64,000 bases of DNA from a bacterium (GTDB lineage Bacteria; Zhuqueibacterota; Zhuqueibacteria; Residuimicrobiales; Krinioviventaceae), in assembly GCA_963675755.2 (NCBI GenBank), contig CAXXMD010000002.1, positions 1,632,001 through 1,696,000 on the forward strand, in the 5' to 3' direction. Position numbers and translations under genes: made by a program. Below, in pieces: positions 30,945 to 41,598 of this stretch. Within the stretch, counting starts at the first letter, position 1. Each line of letters opens with the position of its first letter. The notes under the pieces are model-generated. The model was given only the letters and a program-made list of their open reading frames with translations. It searched no databases and was not told the DNA's origin.

Positions 30945-31659
30945 TTATCAATTTCAGATTTATTTCACCAAAAGTTTCCGATTGAATTGCGTCTATAGTA
31001 TTTTTCTTGATCAAAACAAGAATCGCCATAAAAGTAACGATCAATACCAGCTTGTCATCAGTAGGATCAAACAGATCAGAGAACTGTGATTCGCCATGTG
31101 TTTCTAAAAACGTGGTCACAAAATCAATTTTTTCATCGAGGCTTACATTAATCTCAACAACCCGATGTATTGCAACCTTTTTATTCTTTTCAATAATAGT
31201 TTTAAATGCGGATACCAGGTCAAACAAAGAAACATCGGGATGTTCAACCAGCTCATCCTGAAAACCATCAGATTCAATTTTAAAGCTGCCACGAGAAAAC
31301 AGCTTTCTGGCATATTCTTCTTTATCCGCCAGATCAACTGCAACATCCTTGAAGCGCTTGTACTCGAGCAACCGGTATACCAGCTCCTGCCGCGGATCGT
31401 CAACAATCTCTTCTTCCAGTTCAATGGAAGGTTTGGGCAGCAGCATTTGTGCTTTAATCTGGATTAATGTAGAGGCTAACAGCACGAAATCACTGGCTGC
31501 TTCCAGATCAAGCATTTGTATAATTTCAAGATATTCCAAATATTGATGTGTAATGATAGATATTGGAATATCATATATATCGAGCTCGTTTTTTTTTATC
31601 AGAAACAGTAAAAGGTCTAAAGGTCCTTCAAATGTATCTAATTTCACTTTATAAGACAT
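30934..31659 (-). CDS. scpA: Segregation/condensation protein A
   Basis: FEGPLDLLL.LI, IKAQMLLP, DPRQELVYRLLEY; start placed at MSYKV. Confidence 0.95.
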   Translation of the reverse strand: MSYKVKLDTFEGPLDLLLFLIKKNELDIYDIPISIITHQYLEYLEIIQMLDLEAASDFVLLASTLIQIKAQMLLPKPSIELEEEIVDDPRQELVYRLLEYKRFKDVAVDLADKEEYARKLFSRGSFKIESDGFQDELVEHPDVSLFDLVSAFKTIIEKNKKVAIHRVVEINVSLDEKIDFVTTFLETHGESQFSDLFDPTDDKLVLIVTFMAILVLIKKNTIDAIQSETFGEINLKLINGY

Positions 31660-31735
31660 AGAGTGCCAAATCAATTAACTAAACACAACAAAGGCCGTAA
31701 ACATACGGCCAAAAACTCTAATAAAAGCATATCTG

Positions 31736-32248
31736 TTAATTCATAAACAGATACGGCTTCCAGCACTCTTCCTGTATTCCTATAAAGTGCTGAATGAAAA
31801 ACAAATAACTCGGTCGCTTTGGTTTTTTGAGCAAAGCCATATTGGCATGAGCAAGTGGCTTACTGCCTTTTTTATTGTTACATTGCAAGCAGGCACAAAC
31901 CAGGTTTTCCCAGGAATCCATTCCACCGCTAACTTTGGGAACAATATGGTCAAGAGTAAAGGGCCCCTTTTTCGATGCGCAATATTGACACTGAAATCCA
32001 TCACGACGAAAAATATTGTGGCGAGTCAACTCTACGCGTTTTTTGGGGATCCGGATATAATTTACCAACCGAATCACACTGGGCATTGGCCAGGAGCTGT
32101 ATTGCGACCTTACCAAAAGCTCTCGTTTTTCAATGATCTCAACTTTTTGCAGACATACCAATATTAAAGCCTTTTTGGCATTAACTACACAAACTGGCTC
32201 ATAATTCTGATTCAACAAAAGAACTTTTTTGCTCATTGTTTCCATCAT
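31736..32248 (-). CDS. HNH endonuclease (McrA-like)
   Basis: VLLLNQNYEP, PSVIRL, RD...CQYC...TLDHIVP...GG.DSWENLVCAC..CNNKKG. Confidence 0.92.
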   Translation of the reverse strand: MMETMSKKVLLLNQNYEPVCVVNAKKALILVCLQKVEIIEKRELLVRSQYSSWPMPSVIRLVNYIRIPKKRVELTRHNIFRRDGFQCQYCASKKGPFTLDHIVPKVSGGMDSWENLVCACLQCNNKKGSKPLAHANMALLKKPKRPSYLFFIQHFIGIQEECWKPYLFMN

Positions 32249-32348
32249 ATGCCTTATAGCAAAAAGCCATAAACAGAAATTTATGATAAATAATCTAAAG
32301 AGTCAAGACAATTTATTAAAACATGGGTAATAAAGGTATGATTGCAGA

Positions 32349-33305
32349 TTATTCTTTCCAGGCTCCCATCTTGCCGAATTTTTCAACTCGCTGGTCTAAC
32401 AATTCGTTTACCGGTATTTTCTCCAGTTCCGCCAGTTCTTCTTTTACCGCAGCTTTGACAATTGCAGCAACCTGGTCATAGTCACCATGTGCCCCGCCAA
32501 CAGGCTCTTTGAGTACACGATCAATAACATTCATCTTTACCAGATCATCGGGAACGACCTTGAGCGATTCTGCCATTATATCTGCCTTTGATGCATCTTT
32601 GTACAAAATAGACGCACAACCTTCAGGAGATATTACCGAGTACCAGGTATTTTCCAGCATTAGCACACGGTCACCAACACCTATTCCCAGAGCTCCACCG
32701 CTGGCTCCCTCGCCAATGATAACAACAATGATTGGAACTGGCAAGTGTGACATTTCAAAAAGATTCCGTGCTATAGCCTCAGCCTGACCGCGTTCTTCAG
32801 CACCCAAACCGGGGTATGCTCCAATTGTATCAACTAGCGTCAAAATAGGACGATTAAACTTGGCAGCCAATTGCATTACCCGCAATGCTTTACGATAACC
32901 TTCCGGGTGCGGCATACCAAAATTCCTGCGCAGTTTTTCTTTGGTCTCGCGGGCTTTTTGATGCCCAATAATTGCTATTGGCGTACCATCCAGCTTGCCA
33001 ATGCCGGCAACAATTGCAGGATCATCTCCAAAAGCTCGATCACCATGCAGCTCTACAAAATCTGTCAGCATTCGGTCTACATAATCCAGAGTATAAGGAC
33101 GCTCCGGGTGCCGTGCCAGCTGAACTCGCTGCCAACGTGACAATTTATTATATATATCGAGTTTTAATTTCTGCGCCTTGCTTTCAAGACGTTCAATTTC
33201 GTTCTTTACTTCAAGATTCTCATTTACCGAATACTCTTTTAATTCGGCAATTTTTTGCTGAATCTCTACTATGGGTCGTTCAAACTCTAATACAAATTTA
33301 TTCAT
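32349..33305 (-). CDS. accA: Acetyl-CoA carboxylase carboxyltransferase alpha subunit
   Basis: LEFERPI, RVQLARHPERP, ELHGDR.FGDD, FGMPHPEGYRKA, GEGASGGAL, ISPEGCASIL. Confidence 0.98.
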   Translation of the reverse strand: MNKFVLEFERPIVEIQQKIAELKEYSVNENLEVKNEIERLESKAQKLKLDIYNKLSRWQRVQLARHPERPYTLDYVDRMLTDFVELHGDRAFGDDPAIVAGIGKLDGTPIAIIGHQKARETKEKLRRNFGMPHPEGYRKALRVMQLAAKFNRPILTLVDTIGAYPGLGAEERGQAEAIARNLFEMSHLPVPIIVVIIGEGASGGALGIGVGDRVLMLENTWYSVISPEGCASILYKDASKADIMAESLKVVPDDLVKMNVIDRVLKEPVGGAHGDYDQVAAIVKAAVKEELAELEKIPVNELLDQRVEKFGKMGAWKE

Positions 33306-33316
33306 AGCCCAACCAA

Positions 33317-35392
33317 TTATGGATGTTTGCGTTGTAACAAAGATTTTAATAAAATCTGCACATCAAAAACCATTGAATAATTTTTCAGATAATAAATATT
33401 GTATTTATTACGATCTTTATCGGTTTCCGAGTGACGGTTTATTTGTTCATATCCGGTTATGCCGGGTTTTAAAGATAATACCACAGGATTTTCCAAATCC
33501 GTATTTCCAGCGTAAATATCACGCCCTACAAAGCTGATTGTTCCATTTAGAATCGCGCTTAACCGGGGTAAATATTTCAATAAAATCTTTTTTTCATCTT
33601 TAAAGTGATACAATGTATATTCACGATTTGCGGAATAGTAATGGGTTTCTGCAGTTAAACTTTTTCTATTTATCCAGCGCAGCCACACATATAGCGGCGC
33701 GGTAACAATCATGAGCAGTAAAGCCAAAGTAAAATCAAAGCTCCGTTTTACTCCGCGATAAAAGTTGATGTGAAGTTTGTAATCGATATCCACAAACGGC
33801 AAATCATCAATATAATCTATAGATGCTTTACCAATGATCACATCCAGATTACTGGGGACCATTTTAAAACTTACGCCTCCGTTTGAGCCGGCGATTACTG
33901 AGAGCATCTTGTTATAATCGATACGGTCCGTAGCAAAAATCACTTCCTGTACTTTTTCCCGACGAATGATCTCATTAATATGCTGAAACGTTCCCAACAC
34001 GGGCAGTCCGGCAACCTCTTCATAATCCATCTGATTAGAAGTTAAAATGATACCGGTGATATGGTACGAATCCTGTAGATTTTTCTGTATGCGATCAACC
34101 AATGCCTTGCTTGCCTGGGCATCTCCCACAATCACTGAACGACGATGCCAGATGGAATCTCCAATCTTGTTCATAACAGAACCAAAAGACCGTCTGGCAA
34201 ACCACTTTAACAGTACCCGCCATCCCGGTAAAAAGACCAGATTTAATCCACCGGCAACCAGCACAACAAAACGGGAGAATCCCCACTGGTTCAGAAAAAA
34301 GGTAAGTGCACTGTTAACAACCCAGCCCAACAACACCGCAGAGGTACATTTGGAACCTGAATACTTGTATCGGTAATATACGCCATGGGCGGTCATGCTG
34401 AATATCCATACCAGGGTATATAACAAATGGACTTTGAGAAAAGGTAGCCAGGGAAATTCGGGATAAAATCGAAACAGGATTGCCAGAGAAAGCGACAAGG
34501 TTAGAAAAAGGAAATCAATGCCGGGTAATATCATATAGCGAATTAACGCACTGAAAAACGCAAGCATGGCACGCGCCTTGACAGCAGCGTTGAGAAACCA
34601 TGACGGTAAAATTGCATTGCTTCCGGAGAAATGCTTGTTAACAAACAAGTTCATGGCCTCATAAAACAACTTGCGCTGGGCCAAAGGACTCTTTTTAGAA
34701 CTTTCTCCTTTAAAATGGATGATCTGGGTATCAGGAACATAGTAAATCTTGTATCCACCCTGACGGATGCGATAGCACCAGTCCAGATCTTCTCCATACA
34801 TGAAAAAATCTTCATCAAAACCGCCTACCTTGTCAACGGTCTCTTTGCGTACAAGCATAAAGGAACCTGAAATGGCCTCTACTTCGTAAAACTGCTCAGG
34901 ATCAAGATAGGTCAAATTGTATCGACCGAATAATCGACTTTTGGGGAACAGGTTTGCCAGTCCCGAAATCTTGGTAAAAGCAACCCACGGTGTGGGAAAA
35001 CTGCGCCTGCATGCAAGCTGCAGCGTACCATCAGGATTCAGGATCTTGCAGGTCAGCGCACCTGCATCCGGATATGTGTCAAAGAACGATAACAATGTTG
35101 TAAAGGTGTCTTCCTGTACAATGGTATCGGGATTAATGACGCAAAGATAATCGCCCTTACTCTGCTGTATCGCCTGGTTATTGGCTTTACCAAAACCAAA
35201 GTTTTCGGTATTGGCAATCAGCTTAACATCGGGGAATCGTTTTTCAACCAATTCAACCGTACCATCAGAAGACGCATTATCAACAACGAAAATTTCGTGT
35301 TCAATATTTCGCAATGCTTTTTTTAGAGAAGTAATTGCCTGCCCTAAAAAATCGCGAACGTTGTAACTGACTATAATAACAGAAAGTGTCAA
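33317..35392 (-). CDS. GT2 glycosyltransferase fused to TM bundle, CoA-binding-like domain and degenerate sugar-transferase (PGT-like) domain
   Basis: LSVIIVSYN, VVDNASSDG, NPDT, FFMYGEDLDWC; later KRSFDF, LNGTISFVG, LKPGITG, D.QILLK. Confidence 0.88.
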   Translation of the reverse strand: MTLSVIIVSYNVRDFLGQAITSLKKALRNIEHEIFVVDNASSDGTVELVEKRFPDVKLIANTENFGFGKANNQAIQQSKGDYLCVINPDTIVQEDTFTTLLSFFDTYPDAGALTCKILNPDGTLQLACRRSFPTPWVAFTKISGLANLFPKSRLFGRYNLTYLDPEQFYEVEAISGSFMLVRKETVDKVGGFDEDFFMYGEDLDWCYRIRQGGYKIYYVPDTQIIHFKGESSKKSPLAQRKLFYEAMNLFVNKHFSGSNAILPSWFLNAAVKARAMLAFFSALIRYMILPGIDFLFLTLSLSLAILFRFYPEFPWLPFLKVHLLYTLVWIFSMTAHGVYYRYKYSGSKCTSAVLLGWVVNSALTFFLNQWGFSRFVVLVAGGLNLVFLPGWRVLLKWFARRSFGSVMNKIGDSIWHRRSVIVGDAQASKALVDRIQKNLQDSYHITGIILTSNQMDYEEVAGLPVLGTFQHINEIIRREKVQEVIFATDRIDYNKMLSVIAGSNGGVSFKMVPSNLDVIIGKASIDYIDDLPFVDIDYKLHINFYRGVKRSFDFTLALLLMIVTAPLYVWLRWINRKSLTAETHYYSANREYTLYHFKDEKKILLKYLPRLSAILNGTISFVGRDIYAGNTDLENPVVLSLKPGITGYEQINRHSETDKDRNKYNIYYLKNYSMVFDVQILLKSLLQRKHP

Positions 35393-35619
35393 ATCAGTCC
35401 TGTCGGGTTTCCGTTTTAATCACAGTGCCAAACTTATTAAAAATAAAAAACAATACCAAACAATTTCTGAATGATTTTCATTTTTTAACATTCACTAATT
35501 TAGCATATATTGAGGAAAAATACAACCGTGGAATTGTAAAATTACAGTAAAGGGAAAAAGTGAAAAGATAAAATACAGACCTACAATACAAAAAGGATTT
35601 GCATGTATGTGCCATTTTA

Positions 35620-35805
35620 TTCTGGTTCCAAGTCTCTGTTATTGTACGGTATTTATAATTTATTGGCCCCAAGGCAGAGCCTTGGAACCAGAATGAGTTG
35701 CTTTTTTCTCGTTCCGAGACCAACTCTTCTCTTCCCCTCTCGTTCAGGGGCTCTGCCCTGGAACGAGCTTTTTTGTAAGACCCAAGGCAAAGCATTGGAG
35801 CCAAA
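35620..35805. repeat. REP-like palindrome cluster (CTCGTTC..GGCTCTGCC..GAACGAG family); degenerate copies also at 38571-38641
   Basis: CTCGTTCAGGGGCTCTGCCCTGGAACGAG, CCAAGGCAGAGCCTTGG and related hairpins downstream of both GWxTD genes. Confidence 0.65.
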
Positions 35806-35811
35806 ATAAAC

Positions 35812-38419
35812 TTAACTACTTTCCCCTGCCAGTGTAACCTCTACCTTGTTCTTTGCGGTTACATTTCCGTTCAAGTCTTCAACCTTGACCACCAGCTCGT
35901 ATGTGCCGGATTTAACATTACCCAGATCCAGATTGACATACACCGGCTCATCCCGGGAAGCGCCCTGGTATTCAAATGACTTACCCGTAATACCCTTGTC
36001 CCGCCTCATGATCGTATTGAACAATCCGTGCAAAACGGTAGGAGGTTCATCAATAACTACATTTTGTATAGTACAAGTCACACGATATTTTGTCTGGTCA
36101 TTTTGTCCGTAAAGCAGGTTATAGATTTCAAAATAGAGCCCTACCATCTGTCCCTTGGAAAAGGCGTTAAACATGTGAGGATAATAATAAACCTCGCCTT
36201 TTTTAAATTTCTCGCCCTGACCTTCTCCACCAATCTCAGAGGATAGTAAGATATCGCTAATTTCCAGTTGGTTGTTACTGTAATCTTTGATCTTTAAAGT
36301 ATCACGAAAGACAGCACGGCGTTTGGAGACCTGATCATAGACCTGCATTTCGTAATTATAAGTTGCGGGACCAAGATTAAAACGTTCCACATCAACTATA
36401 TTACTTTTTGCCCAACGGTTCATATCCATTTGCACATCAAGAATGGTATTTTCGTTAACGCGTTCAACCTCGTTCCAGTTGCTGTCATAAAAATTGTAAT
36501 AATTGGCCAGCTTGATTATACTTAAACCATGCGTTGTATCCAGCTGCACATTTTGTCCATCCACACTGTAATACAACTCGGTTTCGGTTTTGCCGTACTC
36601 TCCCTTGAAACTGAGATAAGTAAAAGGAACAGTCATGGGCTCGTCATCATAACGATATTTTGTGGTTTCAGTTTGTAACGCCATTTCAACGGATTCAATA
36701 CTTTTTTCTTTGATTTCTGTGCTAAAATGCTGAACAACTCCAGGTTTGGGGTGTTTATTTAAAAATGACTCCCTGCCCAGCTTTTCAAATGCAGGATCCA
36801 GGACTTCCCGATTGGCCACAGTATAGGGTACCGCTTCAATGATCCAGCCGCTTTTACCGGTGTATTTTTTAAAATGCAGGTTCAAAACACCTCTTTCATC
36901 ATTGGCATAATACTGCCATGAAATATTCATGGGCATGTTGAAGAAATATCCCGGTGCTGCAAGATTGTCACCATTTCCGGGTTTGGGGACTTTGAATTGA
37001 TTCCCTGGATTATTATTAGGACCTGAAGATCCTGCTCCTGAATAAGATTGCATATTATTGTATTGCATGCCCCCAAATCCGCTGGTAGCCATGTTTTCTA
37101 ATTTCAATCCATCAGTGATATGTTCCCTTCCATCTTCAAAGGTAAAGCTACCTTGTGATGGATGGTAATAGGTGGGTAATCCGTCACTTGATGTCACCTT
37201 ACGGTCAGGTTCACCGTGGCGTAAAAAGATCACACCCATATCATCAAACTGACGCTCTCTTGGCAAAGCGGCAATGTTATAGTAATCCCTTAAAAGCCGA
37301 TCCCCTTCAACATTAAATTGAGTATAAGGGTGATCAGAGCAATGCATTTTGTACAAGGTATCAATCTCATCCTGGCTATATAACCGCATAAAGTATTTGT
37401 GTGCTACATCCAAACGGTTATAATATTCTGCTAAAAACTCGTTGTCCGAGGTACTCAAATTGGGATCGCGCTTGTTCCAGAATCGTTTGTAAAAGTTTAA
37501 CAAAACTGAATTATCAGTTTCTTTATATTCGGTAAATTCGGTATTATCCATCAAATAACAGACCTGTTGAAACAATACGTCTCTTTCAGCATCATCTGAT
37601 ATTTCCCGTAGAGCATTCCAGTAATAATTTTCAGCAATTTTCGGTCTGCCCAATTCAAAATAATTCCTTGCGCTTAAAAGGTTGATCTCGAATTGTGAAG
37701 ACTGGGGAAAATTCTGCCGCATGGCATCCAGCCTTTTCAGGCTTGTTTTGTATTCGTCCAGATAAAACTCTATTTTGGCCATACCCAACTGGAGTTCATA
37801 GTATCCGGGATTATCATTAATGAGTTTATTTAAATCGTTCAAACAGTCATCATACTGTTGAAAAGTAATTGACAAATCAATGAGTTTTTTCAATTAATAT
37901 GTGACTGTCAGGATTATTTGCAATGCCTTCTGTCAGGGCTTTCAAGGCCTCTCCACGCCACTCTGTCTCTATATGCAGCCTGGTAATCTCGAGATATCCA
38001 TCTATAAGATGTTCGTCACGCCGGACCGCTTTTTTAAAATTATCCAACGCCTTTAAACTACCGTTTTCCATAGTCGCATAGGTTTTGCCTATCTGATAAT
38101 AAGCCATTGTGTAATCATTATCATACCGGATTGCGCGTTCAAATTTCTTAATCGCTTCATCAGGCACTCCCTGGGCTCGCTTTAGCAGTCCCATTCCATA
38201 CCAGGCCTGGGGTAATTTTTTGTTTTCATCAAGCAGCTCTTGCAGAATGCTTTCAGCTTGTTCATAGTTTTGATTTTCGATGTATTGTAAAGCGGATTGA
38301 TAAGCGGTTTGCCAGGAATTTTCACTCGCAGCAAAAAGTAATGATGAGTTTAAAAATAAATAAATCCCCAATAAGAAAACACTTTTCAAACTGACTGCAC
38401 AACGAATAAAATACAACAT
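35812..38419 (-). pseudogene. TPR + GWxTD-domain protein, paralogue 2, frameshifted (ORFs 37877-38419 and 35812-37893)
   Basis: Both parts align to the intact 870-aa paralogue; one extra A in the A6 run (+ strand T6, 37885-37890) turns IEKLID into IEKTH*; may be a sequencing error. Confidence 0.82.
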
Positions 38420-38645
38420 ACTACCCCTCCTTGTACTCGTTCATTCATTGAATCAAATGTAAAATGTTGATAAATTTCCGCAGGTATATTTAAAAACAAT
38501 CCCCTTGAATTCAAAATTTCATAAAAAAGGGAAGCAAGATTAGCTCCGGCTTCCCTTAATAATATATCACTTCTCGTTCATGAGCTCTGCCCAGTAACGA
38601 TCTTATTTATTGGCCCCAGGATAAAACCCTGAAACCAGAATAGTC

Positions 38646-41258
38646 TTAACTACTTTCCCCTGCCAGTGTAACCTCTACCTTGTTCTTTGCGGTTACATTT
38701 CCGTTCATATCCTCAACTTTGACAACCAGCTCGTATGTGCCGGGTTTGACATTACCCAGATCCAGATTGACATACACCGGCTCATCCCGGGAAGCGCCCT
38801 GGTATTCAAATGACGTACCCGTAATACCTTTGTCCCGTCTCATGATCGTATTGAACAATCCGTGCAAAACGGTGGGAGGTTCATCAATGCCTACATTTTG
38901 TATAGTACAAGTCACACGATATTTTGTCTGGTCATTTTGTCCGTAAAGCAGGTTATAGATTTCAAAATAGAGCCCTACCATCTGCCCTTTAGAAAAGGCG
39001 TTAAACATGTGAGGATAATAATAAACCTCGCCTTTTTTAAATTTTTCGCCCTGGCCTTCTCCCCCAATCTCAGAGGAAAGTAAGATATCACTAATTTCCA
39101 GTTGGTTGTTGCTGTAATCTTTAATCTCTAAAGTATCACGAAAGACAGCACGGCGTTTGGAGACCTGGTCATAGACCTGCATTTCGTAATTATAAGTTGC
39201 GGGACCAAGATTAAAACGTTCCACATCAACTATATTACTTTTTGCCCAACGGTTCATATCCATTTGTACATCAAGAATGGTATTTTCGTTAACGCGTTCA
39301 ACCTCGTTCCAGTTGCTGTCATAAAAATTGTAATAATTGGCCAGCTTGATTATACTTAAACCATGCGTCGTATCCAGCTGCACATTTTGTCCATCCACAC
39401 TGTAATACAACTCGGTTTCGGTTTTGCCGTCCTCTCCCTTGAAACTGAGATAAGTAAAGGGAACGGTCATGGGGTCTTCTGCATAGCGATATTTACTGGA
39501 TTCGGTTTGCATAGCAGCTTTAACAGATTCTATAGATTCTTCTTTGATTGTATTGGTATACTGCTGAATTACACTTGCAACCGGCTGCATACTGTTAAAT
39601 GATTCTTCACCCAGGCGTTGATAAATGGGATCCAGAAACTCGCGATTCGCAACTGTATAAGGTACAGCTTCAATAATCCAGCCGCTTTTGCCTGTATATT
39701 TCTTGAAATGAAATGTCATTACATCGTGATCATCAGTGGCATAATACTGCCATGAAATATTCATGGGCATATTGTGAAAAAAGCCATTAGATGCAAGCGA
39801 TTCACCATTAAAAGGTTGGGGGACTTTAAAATGACGGCTTGCGGTAAGCATATTACCATCCACACCTGAACCCGACGAAGTAACACCGGTGGCTTCTGTC
39901 ATGCTGGTATATTGTGTTCCGCCAAAACCGCTTGTGCCTTGGTTACCCAATTCCGCTTTTTCATTGAGGTAAGGTTGGCCGTTTACAAGAGTATTAGCAG
40001 CAGCAGATGGATGATAATAAACAGGAATTCCATCACCGGAAGTAACTTTATTATCGGGAGCGCCATGACGCATAAAAATAACACCCATGTCATCAAGCTG
40101 CCGGTCACGCGGCAGGGCAACAATGTTGTAATATTCTCTTAACAGCTTGTCACCTTCAATATTGAATTGAGAATAGGGGTGCATGGTAGCGTGGACCATA
40201 TACATCTTGTCTATATCATCCTGTGAAAAATAACGGATAAAGTATTTATGCGCAAAATCCAAACGATCGTAATACTCGGCTATAAACTCGTTATTCGATG
40301 TACTCAGATTGGGATCACGCTTGTTCCAGAAACGTTTGTAGAATGCGAACAAATCAGACATGTCCGTTTTTTGATACTCGGCATATTCATCATTATCCAT
40401 CAAATAACACACCTCATTAAACAGAATATTTACAGATGCGCTGTCTTGTAGAGCCTTTAACGCTGTCCAGTAATAGTTTTCAGCAATTTTGGGGCGCTCA
40501 AGTTGGAAATAATTTTTAGCACTTAGCAGATTAATATCAAATTGGGAAGCATCAGGGAAATTTTGGCACATTGCATCTAAACGTCTCAGGCTTTCTTTGA
40601 ATTTATCCTGATAAAACTCCATCTTTGCCATACCCAACTGGAGCTCGTAATACTCGGGATTGTCTTTTACCAGTTTATCAAAAATGGATAAACAATCATC
40701 ATATTTCTGATAAATGATTGCAATATCAATTAACGATTCGATCAATCTGGAATTATCCGGATTTTTCTTGATACCATCCTCTAACGCACCAATAGCTTCA
40801 CCAACCCATTCTACCCCTACATGCAATTTGGCAATTTCAAGATAGGCATCAATTAGGTGCTCGTCACGTCGAACAGCTTTTTTCAAATTATCGAGAGCTT
40901 TGAGATTACCGTTTTCCATGTATTTGTATGTCATACCGATTTGATAATAAGCCATTGCATAATTTTTATCATAACGGATGGCACGTTCAAATTTTTCTAT
41001 AGCGTCATCAGATTCACCCTGAGCACGCTTTAAAAGTCCCATACCATACCAGGCCTGGGGCAGCTTTTTGTTCTTGTTGAGCAGAGACTGTAATACAGTT
41101 TCAGCGTTATTATAATCCTGGTTTTCAATATAATTCAGTGCTTGTTTATAGTCACTTTTCCAGGCAGTATCAGTTTCGTTTTGAGCAAGTAGAGCAATAG
41201 AGAAAACCATAACAAGAGCAAAAATTAATAGTACATTGAATCTTTTCAAATCATACAT
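38646..41258 (-). CDS. Secreted TPR + GWxTD-domain protein, paralogue 1
   Basis: Signal peptide; TPRs; FWNKRDPNLST..NEF..EYY.RL..A...F and DDMGVIFMRHGAPD (GWxTD-family core lacking the GW.TD itself); Ig-like C-terminus. Confidence 0.82.
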   Translation of the reverse strand: MYDLKRFNVLLIFALVMVFSIALLAQNETDTAWKSDYKQALNYIENQDYNNAETVLQSLLNKNKKLPQAWYGMGLLKRAQGESDDAIEKFERAIRYDKNYAMAYYQIGMTYKYMENGNLKALDNLKKAVRRDEHLIDAYLEIAKLHVGVEWVGEAIGALEDGIKKNPDNSRLIESLIDIAIIYQKYDDCLSIFDKLVKDNPEYYELQLGMAKMEFYQDKFKESLRRLDAMCQNFPDASQFDINLLSAKNYFQLERPKIAENYYWTALKALQDSASVNILFNEVCYLMDNDEYAEYQKTDMSDLFAFYKRFWNKRDPNLSTSNNEFIAEYYDRLDFAHKYFIRYFSQDDIDKMYMVHATMHPYSQFNIEGDKLLREYYNIVALPRDRQLDDMGVIFMRHGAPDNKVTSGDGIPVYYHPSAAANTLVNGQPYLNEKAELGNQGTSGFGGTQYTSMTEATGVTSSGSGVDGNMLTASRHFKVPQPFNGESLASNGFFHNMPMNISWQYYATDDHDVMTFHFKKYTGKSGWIIEAVPYTVANREFLDPIYQRLGEESFNSMQPVASVIQQYTNTIKEESIESVKAAMQTESSKYRYAEDPMTVPFTYLSFKGEDGKTETELYYSVDGQNVQLDTTHGLSIIKLANYYNFYDSNWNEVERVNENTILDVQMDMNRWAKSNIVDVERFNLGPATYNYEMQVYDQVSKRRAVFRDTLEIKDYSNNQLEISDILLSSEIGGEGQGEKFKKGEVYYYPHMFNAFSKGQMVGLYFEIYNLLYGQNDQTKYRVTCTIQNVGIDEPPTVLHGLFNTIMRRDKGITGTSFEYQGASRDEPVYVNLDLGNVKPGTYELVVKVEDMNGNVTAKNKVEVTLAGESS

Positions 41259-41598
41259 AGTTGTTACTCCATGGTTTACATTACGTTACTAGTATAACGA
41301 TTTAGATTGAAAAATGTTTACATATTTATCAAAACAATCCCAAAAACATTACGCATTTCGCATTAATGCTATTACACTATATTTGACAATAGAGTATAAT
41401 ACGACATTCCCAAAAAAATTCAAATAATAACAGAACTTGCTTATTCTACCAAAGTTATTATAAAAAAAACAATAGTTACTTGATCCTGGTTTAGCAAATG
41501 ACTATGTTGAATATGCTTCAGAGAAAAAATTTGTTATTTTTAAAATTGCCGCAATTTTTCCATGCGTAAAATTATTATGTAAACAATAATTCAAGTGA

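Noticed and set aside
31736-32248. HNH gene as a mobile homing endonuclease or defence system
   Set aside because: Standalone member of a widespread chromosomal HNH family in a housekeeping context; no intron, methylase or mobile-element features nearby
35812-39475. Diversity-generating retroelement template/variable repeat pair
   Set aside because: The duplicated stretch is ~830 bp of coding sequence in both copies, differences look mostly synonymous and not adenine-specific, and no reverse transcriptase is present
41382-41400. TTGACA...TATAAT promoter upstream of the multiheme operon
   Set aside because: Both hexamers are perfect but only 6 bp apart; TTGATC-17-TATGTT near 41480 is a possible alternative but too weak to call
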